Origin: Mycobacterium leprae TN
Lineage (GTDB): Bacteria; Actinomycetota; Actinomycetes; Mycobacteriales; Mycobacteriaceae
DNA length: 32,000 nt
Direction of reading: 5' to 3'
Assembly: GCF_000195855.1 (NCBI RefSeq)
Contig: NC_002677.1
Location: 3,210,001-3,242,000, forward strand
The position numbers and the translations under genes are program-made. The notes under the pieces are model-generated. The model saw nothing but the letters and a program-made list of their open reading frames with translations. It did not search any database and was not told the DNA's origin. This document shows positions 20,314-29,617 of this stretch, piece by piece (the first letter of the stretch is position 1; each line of letters starts with the position of its first letter).

Positions 20314-22128
20314 TTACCTTGCCATGTTGGTGAATCGCGACAAGTGCAATTGATGCGCGACAGTGACTGTCTTGGTTGGGCCGTTACGATGCTTGGCGAG
20401 AATCAAGTCCGCCTCGCCACCACGCGGATCGTCGCGATCAAAGGCATCCGGACGGTGCAGCAAGATCACGACGTCGGCATCCTGCTCTAGGCTTCCCGAC
20501 TCCCGCAAATCAGACAACATCGGCTTCTTGTCGGTGCGCTGCTCGGGACTACGGTTCAGCTGGCTGATCGCCACTACCGGGAGCTCAAGTTCTTTGGCTA
20601 ACAATTTAAGATGGCGGGAGAACTCCGAGACTTCCACCTGTCGCGACTCGAACCGCTTGCCTGACGTCATCAACTGCAGGTAATCGACCACAACTAGCTT
20701 CAGGTTTGTCTTTTGCCGCAGCCGGCGCGCCTTGGCACGGATCTCCATCATGGTCAGGTTCGGTGAATCGTCGATATACAGTGGCGCCTCACTGATTTCG
20801 CTCATCCGCCGCGCCAGCCGTGTCCAGTCATCGTCGGTCATTCGACCCGAACGCATATCGGCGAGCTTGATTTTCGCCTCTGCCGAAAGCAACCGCATCA
20901 CGATCTCGGACTTACTCATCTCCAGAGAGAAGATAACGCTCGCCAGGCGATGCTTGATCGAACACGACCGCATGAAGTCCAGCCCAAGGGTCGAGTTGTG
21001 CGTTGGCACCATCCCTCGACCAGCCAGATACAGATGAGCAGCATTGTCCACCTCGACACACCGCACCGGAACGCTGCGCACCCGCCGCACTGAGTCGATG
21101 CACAGCACCGGAGCCATGAATGCAGCCGTGGTCAGTCGCCCAGCGTGGCGCGGTGTCGACCCGGCCGCAGCAATAATGTCCAGCCCACAACGCAACTGAG
21201 CCGACGTCCGGATACCGTAACTCGTCGGCCATTGGTGCTGGGCGTCTGCGACAATGACGGTACCGTCGGAGAACTCGATCTCGTAGCACGGCCGGCCCAG
21301 CATGACCTCGGTCGCGGCCACCACGCGCGTCGGTGCTTCGTCAACGGCCAGCAACTCGTCACCGACGGCAACATCACCCATCGCCGTCCAACCAGTCGGT
21401 GTGGGCAGCGGCGTGTCCAGCGCGAGCGCCTTGCCCACACCCGGACGAGCCGCCACGATGATCATCTGTCCCGGATGCAAACCGTTGGTTACCTCATCGA
21501 GTTCGGTGAAGCCAGTCGGCGCGCCACGCGAGATACCCCCATTGGAAGCGATGGCATCGAGGTCATCCATCGTCGGCTGCAGTAGATCTTCGAGCGGTAC
21601 GTAGTTCTCAGAAAGCCGGCACTCGGCTACGTCGTAGATTTCTGCCTGCGCGCGGTCGACCACCTCGGCCACGTCGGCACCCTCAGCGCCGGCGTAACCG
21701 TACTGCACCACCCGTGTGCCGGCCTCCACCAGTCGACGCAGCAGCGCCTTTTCAGCGACGATGCCCGCATAGTAACCTGCATTGGCGGCAGTCGGCACCG
21801 TCGAGATCAGAGTGTGCAGATACGGCGCACCACCGATCCTGCGCAACAATCCGCGGCGGTCCAATTCGGCGGCCACCGTCACCGCATCGGCCGGCTCTCC
21901 TCGCCCGTACAGATCTAGGATCGCATCGTAAACATTCTGGTGTGCTGGACGATAAAAGTCACCAGAACGCAGCCGCTCGAGAACGTCAGCAATGGCATCC
22001 TTACTCAGCAGCATCCCGCCCAACACCGACTGCTCCGCGGCTAGGTCCTGCGGTGGCTGACGGCCAAAATCTTCACTGGGTGGAACTGCATCCATACCTG
22101 AGTGCGCCAGATCATCGACGACCGCCAT
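20314..22128 (-). CDS. dnaB: replicative DNA helicase DnaB, interrupted in the P-loop by an in-frame mini-intein
   Basis: I place the start at the ATG at 22128 (MAVVDDLAHSGMD...), with GGGGGAGG upstream. The 40 extra codons of the track ORF look spurious. The N-terminal domain reads QPPQDLAAEQSVLGGMLLSKDAIADVLE. Walker A is split as IIVAARPGVGK / intein / STLGLDF. Walker B is LKLVVVDYLQLM. The C-terminus reads EADLILAKHRNGPTKTVTVAHQLHLSRFTNMAR. Confidence 0.95.
   Translation of the reverse strand: MAVVDDLAHSGMDAVPPSEDFGRQPPQDLAAEQSVLGGMLLSKDAIADVLERLRSGDFYRPAHQNVYDAILDLYGRGEPADAVTVAAELDRRGLLRRIGGAPYLHTLISTVPTAANAGYYAGIVAEKALLRRLVEAGTRVVQYGYAGAEGADVAEVVDRAQAEIYDVAECRLSENYVPLEDLLQPTMDDLDAIASNGGISRGAPTGFTELDEVTNGLHPGQMIIVAARPGVGKALALDTPLPTPTGWTAMGDVAVGDELLAVDEAPTRVVAATEVMLGRPCYEIEFSDGTVIVADAQHQWPTSYGIRTSAQLRCGLDIIAAAGSTPRHAGRLTTAAFMAPVLCIDSVRRVRSVPVRCVEVDNAAHLYLAGRGMVPTHNSTLGLDFMRSCSIKHRLASVIFSLEMSKSEIVMRLLSAEAKIKLADMRSGRMTDDDWTRLARRMSEISEAPLYIDDSPNLTMMEIRAKARRLRQKTNLKLVVVDYLQLMTSGKRFESRQVEVSEFSRHLKLLAKELELPVVAISQLNRSPEQRTDKKPMLSDLRESGSLEQDADVVILLHRPDAFDRDDPRGGEADLILAKHRNGPTKTVTVAHQLHLSRFTNMAR
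20995..21429 (-). other. DnaB mini-intein, 145 aa, no homing-endonuclease domain; Ala1 with a Trp/Cys/Thr (class-3-like) signature
   Basis: The extein junctions restore GVGK|ST (Walker A GxxxxGKS/T). The intein begins ALALDTPLPTPTGW (GCG codon at 21429-21427) and ends GMVPTHN (AAC at 20997-20995), followed by Ser+1. Block B reads VIVADAQHQW, block F reads VRCVEVDNAAHLYLAG, and block G reads VPTHN. Confidence 0.85.
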
Positions 22129-22677
22129 TAACTCTAAACACCTCCCCCTGACACAAACACCCTGACATAAGCATTCGAACGGGCATTCGATATGCCAATG
22201 TTCGGAGCATAAGTCAAGGCCCCAACACCCGCGCCCCAAAGCACCCAACCACGTCGCGCCGGGATGACGGTAGACGTTGCTGGCGAGTACTCCAAGTGGC
22301 TACTGTTCATGAAGCTGTGCATCGTGTGTGTATACCCGTCGACACTGTGTGAAACGGGGTGTGGAGAACCTATGGATCAGTCTGGAGCGCTATCACATCA
22401 CTGCAGATAAACGTCCCATAAGACGACAGATATTGTGTGAACAAGAATCTCTTCGGCGTGTCGAGCCAGGTTACTGCACCGGGCGTGTTGGATTTCAGCT
22501 AGATTTTGGAAGCGTTACGTATTGGTAACGATAAATGGCTCCTTAGTTGCCGAAAATAGTTCGCCAGGGAAACACGCAGTGTTCCCCAGCACCACTCTTA
22601 GAAGACTTTCTACGCACGAACAAAACCCGGTGGCAGCCGATCAGCGGCCGTCACCGGAGTTAACAAACGTTGCGTTT

Positions 22678-23136
22678 TTATCTCGCTGCGACGACGTCGA
22701 GTAACACCACGACATCAACTTCAGGGTGTAAATGCACCGATACCGGATGCGTGCCGACGGCCTTGATATGGGTTTTGGGTAGCCGCACGATTCGCTTGTC
22801 GAGGTTTGGCCCGCCCGCCTTCTTTATAGCGGCGACAACATCACCGGCAGTCACGGAGCCGAACAGCTTGCCGGAGTCAGCTACCGTCTTCATCGGCAGC
22901 GAAACCGAGCCCAACGCCTCGATCGCCACCTTGATTTCGTTGGCGTGCTCGCGGTCACGCATCGCCTTCGTTTCACGTGCGCGGCGGATCTCGTCAGCCT
23001 GTCGCTGGGCACCGCGCGAAGCGACAATCGCCAGACCGTGTGGGAGCAAAAAGTTTCGACCGTACCCGTCCTTGACCTCAACAGTGTCACCGACGGAACC
23101 AAGATGGTCGACATCAGCCGTCAGAATCAGCTTCAT
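22678..23136 (-). CDS. rplI: 50S ribosomal protein L9
   Basis: 152-aa ORF beginning [52 protein letters not shown] lies upstream of the ATG. It is the last gene of the rpsF-ssb-rpsR-rplI cluster. Confidence 0.95.
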   Translation of the reverse strand: MKLILTADVDHLGSVGDTVEVKDGYGRNFLLPHGLAIVASRGAQRQADEIRRARETKAMRDREHANEIKVAIEALGSVSLPMKTVADSGKLFGSVTAGDVVAAIKKAGGPNLDKRIVRLPKTHIKAVGTHPVSVHLHPEVDVVVLLDVVAAR

Positions 23137-23183
23137 CGTTTTCGTACTTTCCGTTGGGCTTGCAGCGGTTACCGTCCGTCCGG

Positions 23184-23438
23184 TTATCGCGCCGAGGAGG
23201 TAAAGGGCAGCAGAGCCACCTCGCGGGCGTTCTTCACCGCGATCGCGATGTCGCGCTGGTGTTGCACGCAGTTACCAGTGACCCGACGGGCCCGGATCTT
23301 GCCCCGCTCACTGATGTACGTCCGCAGTAGCGTGGTGTCCTTGTAGTCGATTTGCTGGTTCTTCTTGGCGCAGAAAACGCATTTACGCGCTTTGGCCGGC
23401 TTCTCCGGTGCTGGACGCCGCTTGGTGGACTTGGCCAT
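23184..23438 (-). CDS. rpsR: 30S ribosomal protein S18
   Basis: I place the start at the ATG at 23438 ([79 protein letters not shown]), giving 84 aa. The longer 116-aa track ORF overlaps the ssb 3' end and is not needed. Confidence 0.95.
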   Translation of the reverse strand: MAKSTKRRPAPEKPAKARKCVFCAKKNQQIDYKDTTLLRTYISERGKIRARRVTGNCVQHQRDIAIAVKNAREVALLPFTSSAR

Positions 23439-23463
23439 GTGTGTAATTCTTTCCGTTTCGTTA

Positions 23464-23970
23464 CTAGAAGGGGGGTTCTTCGTCACCGACGCCGAAGGAC
23501 CCCGAGGTTGGGGCACTGCCCCACGGATCGTCACCTACTCCGCCACTCATTTGAGCAGGCGCCTGACGGGATCCGCTGCCGAAGCCGCCGCCCCCGCCAC
23601 CACTGCGGCTAGCCTTGTTGACTTTGGCGGTGGCATACCGAAGCGACGGGCCGATCTCATCGACCTCGACCTCGACAACTGTCCGTTTCTCGCCCTCGCG
23701 GGTCTCGAAGGAACGCTGCTTGAGCCGACCGGTGACGATCACCCGCGCCCCCCGGGTGAGGCTTTCGGCCACGTTCTCCGCAGCCTCCCGCCAAATATTG
23801 CACCGAAGGAACAGCGCCTCGCCGTCTTTCCACTCACCGCTTTGACGATCATAGATCCGCGGTGTCGATGCAACAGTGAAGTTCACCACGGCAGCACCGG
23901 ACGAAGTGAACCGCAACTCAGGGTCAGCGGTCAAATTTCCGACAATGGTAATGGTGGTGTCGCCAGCCAC
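23464..23970 (-). CDS. ssb: single-stranded DNA-binding protein
   Basis: 168 aa from a GTG start with GGGAGG upstream. The OB-fold N-terminus reads [61 protein letters not shown] Gly-rich linker precedes an acidic tail ending DEEPPF. Confidence 0.95.
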   Translation of the reverse strand: MAGDTTITIVGNLTADPELRFTSSGAAVVNFTVASTPRIYDRQSGEWKDGEALFLRCNIWREAAENVAESLTRGARVIVTGRLKQRSFETREGEKRTVVEVEVDEIGPSLRYATAKVNKASRSGGGGGGFGSGSRQAPAQMSGGVGDDPWGSAPTSGSFGVGDEEPPF

Positions 23971-24129
23971 AATTTCCTCCCTAATTTGGCCCTGTTCCTC
24001 GCCTTGGTGCAGGCGTTGGTCATGAGCGTGTTTTCGGAGAACCTATGCAAGGGCGCAAACCGCGGACGATCGTTCGACTAGTGCTATATGCCTGGTCGCC
24101 CCCGCTACGCGGGCCGCATCGTCGCCAGA

Positions 24130-24420
24130 CTAGTGCTTGTCAGTGCGCATTACCTTGGTGCGCAACACCGACTCGTTGAGGCTGAGCTGGCGGTCAAGCT
24201 CGGATACCGTTGCCGGCGCAGCCTTCAGATCAATGACAACGTAGATGCCTTCAGCGTGCTTGGAGATCTCGTAGGCCAGCCGGCGCCGACCCCAGATGTC
24301 GACCTTATCGATAGCTCCACCGTCCTTGCGGACGACGTTGAGGAACGTCTCCAAAGACGGACCGACAGTGCACTCGTCGAGCGTGGGGTCAAGAATGACC
24401 ATGATTTCGTATGGACGCAT
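24130..24420 (-). CDS. rpsF: 30S ribosomal protein S6
   Basis: I place the start at the ATG at 24420 ([16 protein letters not shown]...), giving 96 aa. GGAGG and GGTGAGG motifs lie upstream. The 12 extra codons in the track ORF are probably not translated. Confidence 0.95.
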   Translation of the reverse strand: MRPYEIMVILDPTLDECTVGPSLETFLNVVRKDGGAIDKVDIWGRRRLAYEISKHAEGIYVVIDLKAAPATVSELDRQLSLNESVLRTKVMRTDKH

Positions 24421-24433
24421 GGAAACCTCACCA

Positions 24434-24476
24434 CCTCCTCTGGTCTGTGCGGCCACGGTCGATCCGCAGCAGGAGG
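24434..24476 (-). promoter_or_regulatory. candidate rpsF 5' leader hairpin that pairs a GGAGG motif
   Basis: The minus-strand RNA reads CCUCCU-GC-UGCGG-AUCGACCGUGG-CCGCA-CAGACCAG-AGGAGG. It has a 6-bp basal stem (CCUCCU/AGGAGG), a 5-bp upper stem (UGCGG/CCGCA) and an asymmetric internal loop, and ends 13 nt before the rpsF AUG. A second purine-rich motif (GGUGAGG) lies closer to the AUG, so SD sequestration is uncertain. Confidence 0.3.
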
Positions 24477-24479
24477 GTC

Positions 24480-24900
24480 GCCTGCGTCAGCAACTGCACC
24501 AGGCTACCGGACGTCGGGCTTACCGGAAAAATCCGGGCCACTAGCCAATCGGTCACAGTTCCAGCTGCGTCGGTATTCGTCGACCCTGGCCTTTCTGTTG
24601 CCACGTCAGCCTTAGCCAGCGTGCCAGAGTCGAATAGCGGCGGGTCGTATTCGACAAACAGCATTGAGCTGCCTACGCAGCTGGTCAATCGACAAGGAAC
24701 TCAACCTGCTAACTAAGGCCATGTCGATGCCATTGGAGGACCCCCGCGGCGGGGGTGATAATCCGCTGCGAGAGTGCTGAACAACACTTTCGGGCACATA
24801 GTGTGCACCCAAATTTGTTGAGCAGGTCCGCAACGCTCCGGTGCGTCATCGTGGATCAGCTGAAGGGCTCCAACACCGTCAGGGAACACCACCTACATCG
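24480..24900 (-). pseudogene. possible relic of the gene that lies between Rv0051 and rpsF in M. tuberculosis (Rv0052 position)
   Basis: Two overlapping minus-strand ORF fragments in different frames have protein-like composition: ...SLSIDQLRRQLNAV... and ...FVEYDPPLFDSGTLAKADVATERPGSTNTDAAGTVTDWLVARIFPVSPTSGSLVQLL.... The call rests on position and frame-switching only. I do not remember the Rv0052 sequence. Confidence 0.25.
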
Positions 24901-24967
24901 GATGCACCGACTTTGTCGAAGTATAGCATCGCAGGTGAGACCGAGCATCTCGTTTTCTGTGCACACC

Positions 24968-26662
24968 TCATATACTAGATGGTGCATGGGGATGGTGCAT
25001 GGGGCCAGAAGGCGTTGCAGCGGCGGCCAGCTCGGTTTCAGTCACTGATGATGCTGCCAACGTGACTACCCGCCGCATCCCAGCTGGATGCAGCCAGTCC
25101 GGCAGCCAGCTGGGCGGGGCGTACGGGGCGCGGTCGAAAGGTCCGCCCGCCGGATCATCCACCCGTCCACCCAGTCGCACTGGATCTTCGTCAGGCCGAT
25201 AAATTTGACGAATCACCAGCGCGCACAGCGCCACGACCGCAATATCGCGCAACAGCACCGTCGCGGTGAACCACTGCTCCGGGAGCGAACGGCTCGGATT
25301 GCCGTAAAGGTAATACATCCGCGGCACCCACACCAGAGCATCGATCGTCATCCACGCCAGCAGCACCCGGCGGTGCGGCAAGGCCAACACTGCCAGCGGC
25401 ACCAGCCACAGCGAGAACTGGGGGCTCCAGACCTTGTTGGTCAACAAAAATACCGCCACCAGCAAAAACGCTAACTGAACCACTCGTGGCCGTTGTGCAG
25501 CAGTCAGCGCAATATAAGCTACTGCTGCACAACACAATGCGAACAACACCGTTACTACGGTGTTTAGAACCAGGGGTAGCTCGCAGAAACCCAGCTTGGT
25601 ATCGAAACCGCGCCAGCCAGTAAGCGATTTCACGACGTTATACAACGAGTCCATGTCGTCCCCACGGCGAGTGTTAAACCGGAAAAACTCCGACCAGCCG
25701 CGTGGGAAAAGTAATAGCACAGGAAGATTCACCAACAACCAGGTTGTTGCCGCGGTCACCGCGGCGCAAGCCACACCCCCGAGGCGTCCGGTGCGGACGC
25801 CCAACACAAACAACGGGACCAAAAACAGCAGCGGATAGAGCTTGGCCGCGGCACCTAACCCGATCAGCACACCAGCAGATATCGGTCTGCACCGCGACCA
25901 CGCTAGCAATCCACCAGTCGCGAATGCTATGGCCAACGCGTCGAAGTTGGTGAACACCTGAAAAATCACCAGCGGGGATGCGGCGACCAAGGCTGCATCC
26001 CAAATCCGGAGGCCCGCCAGCCCGGCGGTGGCCCAGATAGTCGCTAACCAGGCCAATGCCAGCCCGAATGCAACAACGTCGAAGAACATCACCACCTCGG
26101 CGACCGCCGGTAGGCTGACGGGCTCGCTTAAAGCCGTGTAGCTCTTGGCCACCGCCATCGATACATACTGATAAATACCGGTTAACACCGGATACTCCAT
26201 GTACCGCACCGCCAGCCGACCGTCATAGCGGGTCCGCGGTGTGCCGCTACTGTCGGTTTCGATCCAACTGGATTTGTACGGAAACTTACCTTGGCTCAAC
26301 AACTCTGTGCCGTAGAGCGGCACTATGTCAGAATAGCACAACTCGTAATATGCGCGCTGGTTATCCCAATTGGGGACCCGCTGACCGCCCGGCCCCGTTC
26401 CGGTGGTTTGCAAGCAGGCCGCCTTCGTTGACCAGCCGAGCGCCAAGAATACCAGCCCGATAAGAAACATCACCCGGAGCGGTGTCATCAGCCAACTACG
26501 GCCGATCAGCGCATGGCAACCTACCGGTCCACCGATCGCATCTGCTAGGGCGGCGCCCAAATAGTCTGTGCGGCTGGGGCAATCACGGTTATCGGCGCTC
26601 TGGCGATCAGCGGCCAACGGCCGCGGCGAGATAGTGGTACTGTGCGTCTGAGCGTTGATCAC
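24968..26662 (-). CDS. polytopic integral membrane protein (Rv0051-like; probably a GT-C/DUF2029-type glycosyltransferase-fold protein)
   Basis: The 564-aa ORF has about 10 or more hydrophobic segments (e.g. LRVMFLIGLVFLALGW, VVMFFDVVAFGLALAWLATIWATAGLAGL, LLFLVPLFVLGV, LAFLLVAVFLLTNKVWSPQFSLWLVPLAVLAL). Its GTG start overlaps the ponA stop (GTGA at 26659-26662). Size and position match Mtb Rv0051 (about 560 aa). The family assignment is from memory. Confidence 0.85.
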   Translation of the reverse strand: MINAQTHSTTISPRPLAADRQSADNRDCPSRTDYLGAALADAIGGPVGCHALIGRSWLMTPLRVMFLIGLVFLALGWSTKAACLQTTGTGPGGQRVPNWDNQRAYYELCYSDIVPLYGTELLSQGKFPYKSSWIETDSSGTPRTRYDGRLAVRYMEYPVLTGIYQYVSMAVAKSYTALSEPVSLPAVAEVVMFFDVVAFGLALAWLATIWATAGLAGLRIWDAALVAASPLVIFQVFTNFDALAIAFATGGLLAWSRCRPISAGVLIGLGAAAKLYPLLFLVPLFVLGVRTGRLGGVACAAVTAATTWLLVNLPVLLLFPRGWSEFFRFNTRRGDDMDSLYNVVKSLTGWRGFDTKLGFCELPLVLNTVVTVLFALCCAAVAYIALTAAQRPRVVQLAFLLVAVFLLTNKVWSPQFSLWLVPLAVLALPHRRVLLAWMTIDALVWVPRMYYLYGNPSRSLPEQWFTATVLLRDIAVVALCALVIRQIYRPDEDPVRLGGRVDDPAGGPFDRAPYAPPSWLPDWLHPAGMRRVVTLAASSVTETELAAAATPSGPMHHPHAPSSI

Positions 26663-29127
26663 GGTGGCGTTGTTGAAGTTGTTAGGTCGGGCAATGCCTG
26701 CGTCGGCGGGACAGTGACCGTCGTGGGCGGGCCGACCGGTATGATTATGCCCGGCGCTACTTCAATAGTAGGCTGAATAACCTTCTTCAAAGGAGGCGGG
26801 GGTGCCAGTGTCGGCACACCAGCGTAGCCACCTACCTCAGTCGGCTTGGGGAAGCCCTCGTTAGGGGTACCCTCCAGAGCGCCATCCATCGTCGACTTCC
26901 AGATGTCCGACGGCAGGCCGGAGCCGTAAATCGCTTCTCCTGAAGCGGTTATCAGCGGCACATTGTCTTTGACGGTACCAACCCACACCGCCGTCGACAG
27001 CGAAGGTGTGTAACCGACCATCCAAGCATCCTTGTTAGCGGTGGTATCGCCCAGCTGCACCGTGCCTGTTTTGGCTGCCGACGGCCGCCCGCCAGCTAAG
27101 TTATGGCCACGCGAATAACCGGCAATCGGCTGCATCGCCGCAGTAACGTTATCGGCGACAGCTTTGGCGATGCGTTGGTCGCCGCTGTTGTCCGCAGTGC
27201 TGGCGTCGAAAAGTACCCGGCCCTCAGCATTAACGACTTTTTGCACCAAGTGCGGTCGGTGGTAGACGCCGGACGCAGCCAACGTGGCGTATGCCGATGC
27301 CATATCGATCACGCGGGTTTCGTACTGGCCCAGAACGATTCCGTTGTTGGGCGGTCCTCCTTTACCATCCTCTGACAGGGTGTGCGCTACACCAGGGAAG
27401 CTGCTCACGATACCAGCTTGGTGCGCGGCGTCCGCAACAGCCTGCGGTCCATTCTTAAGTTTGAGCATCAGACGGTAATAGGAGGTGTTCAACGAGAGCT
27501 TGAGCGCCTCAGCGATATTGCAATTTCCACAACTCTCGTCTCCATTGTTGGTGATCTTAATACCATCGACAGTAAGCGGGGAGCTGTCGACCCGATAGCC
27601 CAGACCGATACCTTGCTCGAGCGCGGCGATGAGCGCAAATACCTTGAAAGAAGAGCCGGTTTGCAGCCCAGCCTGGGCAAAGTCAAAACCGTTGGCGTCA
27701 GCACCGCCATAGTAGGCGCGTATCGCACCGTTATGTGGATCGATCGAAACGATGGCAGCACGCATGTCGGGATCCTGCCCGTCAAGGTATTTCGATACCG
27801 CCTTCTCAACTATCCGTTGAGCCTGCGGATCGATGGTGGTAATGACTTGCAGCCCCTGGGTGTTCAAGGTTTGCCGATCGATGTTGAATAGTTCGAACAG
27901 CTCTTTGACCACCTGACGCTCGATGAGTCCATTGGGTCCGGTGGTCTGATTCTGCGCACGAGCCTGGTCAGGCGGCACGGTAGCGGGAAACAGCTGTACC
28001 GAGCGGTCATTCGGCGACAGAGCATTGATGTCCACCATGCCGTCCAGCACCCAGTTCCAACGGGCCGTAACACCCTTGAGATTGATAGCCGGGTCTAGGA
28101 CCGACGGCCGCCGAATTAGCGCCGCCAACAGTGCCCCCTCGGAGCAGGTGAGCTGCTCCACGGGTTTGTCAAAATAGGCCTTGGCCGCAGCTGAAATTCC
28201 GTAGGCTCCCCTACCGAAGTATATTATATTCAAATAAGATTGTAGCACATCGTCTTTAGACCATGCGTCCGACATTTTGATGGCGATGACCAATTCCTTT
28301 GTCTTGCGCATTAAACCGTCAAACCCGTGTTGTGCAGAACCGACTAACGCATTCTTCACATACTGCTGGGTGATAGTTGACCCGCCCTGCAGATCGCCGC
28401 TACCGAAGAGGTTGTTTTGCACCGCTCGCACAGAGGCTCTGAAGTCAAACCCCGGGTTTGAATAGAAGTTGCGATCCTCTGCAGCAATAACCGCCTGGCG
28501 TACATGCACCGGTACTTGGCTGAGGTTGACATCGACCCGGTTACCTTCGGGTGGAACAATTTTGGCGATCTCCAAGCCATTGTTGGCCAGGATCGTCGAG
28601 ACCTGGTTAGTACGAATGTCACCTGGCCTGGGAACTTTCACCATGAAGTAGGTCATGGTGAAAGTGACGATCGGTAACAACAACAACACCACCACAGCGA
28701 GATACAATGAATACCGCACCCAGCGCCAGTTCACCTGCCGGTTGAGGTGTAGGAGCCATGTCCGATTTAACCGCGATCCAGGCACCCTCCAACCAGGCCC
28801 AGTAGCGCGGCCGGGCTGCTTGGGTGACGGTGGATCGCTCGGCAAACGGCGTCGCCTGCCACCGCCCACGGTCGCTGCCGACCGGCCGTCCAGCTTGGCT
28901 GTGACCTCCTTAATAGGGTTGCGCCGCGAGGACATGGACGTCGGGAGTGCCGAGCGGAAGGGCATAGCAGGTGGGGGACCGTCCAAGGCGGCCTTGACGG
29001 CTTCGAGGGGGTCCACCCGCCCAGCCGATCGCTCGTCGGTGGCGGACGGGATGATTGCCGTCATCCGGTCATCGAGTGGAACCTGACGACGCTGACCCGG
29101 CTGATCAGAACTTGGACGCTCACCCAC
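26659..29127 (-). CDS. ponA: bifunctional class A penicillin-binding protein (transglycosylase + transpeptidase), PBP1
   Basis: GT51 motifs are RQAVIAAEDRNFYSNPGFD, GGSTITQQYVKN, and RKTKELVIAIKMSDAWSKDDVLQSYLNIIYFGRGAYGI. Transpeptidase motifs are TGSSFKV (SxxK), SLN (SxN), and KTGT. A Pro-rich C-terminal tail is present. The open frame extends to 29274. I place the start at GTG 29127 (a weak choice) by analogy with the roughly 820-aa long form of Mtb PonA1. ATG 29208 and ATG 29064 are alternatives. Confidence 0.9.
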   Translation of the reverse strand: MGERPSSDQPGQRRQVPLDDRMTAIIPSATDERSAGRVDPLEAVKAALDGPPPAMPFRSALPTSMSSRRNPIKEVTAKLDGRSAATVGGGRRRRLPSDPPSPKQPGRATGPGWRVPGSRLNRTWLLHLNRQVNWRWVRYSLYLAVVVLLLLPIVTFTMTYFMVKVPRPGDIRTNQVSTILANNGLEIAKIVPPEGNRVDVNLSQVPVHVRQAVIAAEDRNFYSNPGFDFRASVRAVQNNLFGSGDLQGGSTITQQYVKNALVGSAQHGFDGLMRKTKELVIAIKMSDAWSKDDVLQSYLNIIYFGRGAYGISAAAKAYFDKPVEQLTCSEGALLAALIRRPSVLDPAINLKGVTARWNWVLDGMVDINALSPNDRSVQLFPATVPPDQARAQNQTTGPNGLIERQVVKELFELFNIDRQTLNTQGLQVITTIDPQAQRIVEKAVSKYLDGQDPDMRAAIVSIDPHNGAIRAYYGGADANGFDFAQAGLQTGSSFKVFALIAALEQGIGLGYRVDSSPLTVDGIKITNNGDESCGNCNIAEALKLSLNTSYYRLMLKLKNGPQAVADAAHQAGIVSSFPGVAHTLSEDGKGGPPNNGIVLGQYETRVIDMASAYATLAASGVYHRPHLVQKVVNAEGRVLFDASTADNSGDQRIAKAVADNVTAAMQPIAGYSRGHNLAGGRPSAAKTGTVQLGDTTANKDAWMVGYTPSLSTAVWVGTVKDNVPLITASGEAIYGSGLPSDIWKSTMDGALEGTPNEGFPKPTEVGGYAGVPTLAPPPPLKKVIQPTIEVAPGIIIPVGPPTTVTVPPTQALPDLTTSTTPP

Positions 29128-29182
29128 CCGCTCAGTCGCTGGCCCGCTCACATTCCTAGGCGACTGATCGCGGTGGCCGTCG

Positions 29183-29617
29183 TTATTCAATGGCCATGCG
29201 GGCACCATTGCACGCCGTCCGGGTGACCGGGGTACCTCTGGGCGGCGGTGCTGACCGTGCCGCACCAAGCACATATGACCTGACCAAGTAATTCCAGCTA
29301 CATGTGCGGCATACCTCCACCACGTAGACCGCGAACTCCTCGTAACGTGTAGCCAGCAAGACTAACTCCTCGGCGGTGCGCGCCGAACCGGAAATCGCAC
29401 CCAATTGATTGCCGAACACCCACGACACAAGTGTGAGCTGTTCCTTTCGGCAGATCGGGCACATCACCTGGCTCGGTTTCCCGTGAAATTTGGCCGCGCG
29501 GAGCAAATAGGGGTTTGCATCACACACTTCGGACACACCGGTACGCCCCGAGTACACTTCGGCCAGCAGAAAACGCCGACGAAGAGAATAGTTTACCACC
29601 TGACGCTGCAGTCGCAC
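29183..29617 (-). CDS. small conserved hypothetical protein (Rv0049-like), Cys-pair containing
   Basis: The 144-aa ORF has a GTG start and begins MRLQRQVVNYSLRRRFLLAEVYSGRTGVSEVCDANPYLLRAAKFHGKPSQVMCPICRKEQLTLVSWVFG...VVEVCRTCSWNYLVRSY. It carries CPxC and CxxC pairs. Its position upstream of ponA is as in Mtb. Confidence 0.7.
   Translation of the reverse strand: MRLQRQVVNYSLRRRFLLAEVYSGRTGVSEVCDANPYLLRAAKFHGKPSQVMCPICRKEQLTLVSWVFGNQLGAISGSARTAEELVLLATRYEEFAVYVVEVCRTCSWNYLVRSYVLGAARSAPPPRGTPVTRTACNGARMAIE

Noticed and set aside
22129-22248. N-terminal extensions of the track ORFs for dnaB (40 codons), rpsR (32 codons, 23439-23534) and rpsF (12 codons, 24421-24456).
   Set aside because: The extensions have Cys/Gly/Arg-rich nonsense composition. 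Conserved protein N-termini and Shine-Dalgarno motifs sit at the internal ATG/GTG codons.
22129-22677. The 550-bp rplI-dnaB spacer (the position of Rv0057 in M. tuberculosis), with a small hairpin CGTTAC-N6-GTAACG at 22513-22530.
   Set aside because: No frame-consistent coding signal that I can read. The hairpin is only 6 bp. This is probably a lost gene plus the dnaB promoter, but there is nothing specific to report.
700-29086. Many 60-230-aa ORFs antisense to or out of frame within the intact genes, e.g. 700-1158(-), 13430-14071(-), 17254-17706(-), 21145-21585(+), 23365-24081(+), 27382-27891(+), 28655-29086(+).
   Set aside because: They lie entirely inside well-supported genes. They have Arg/Pro/Ser/Ala-rich composition typical of off-frame translation of GC-rich DNA, and none shows a recognisable motif.
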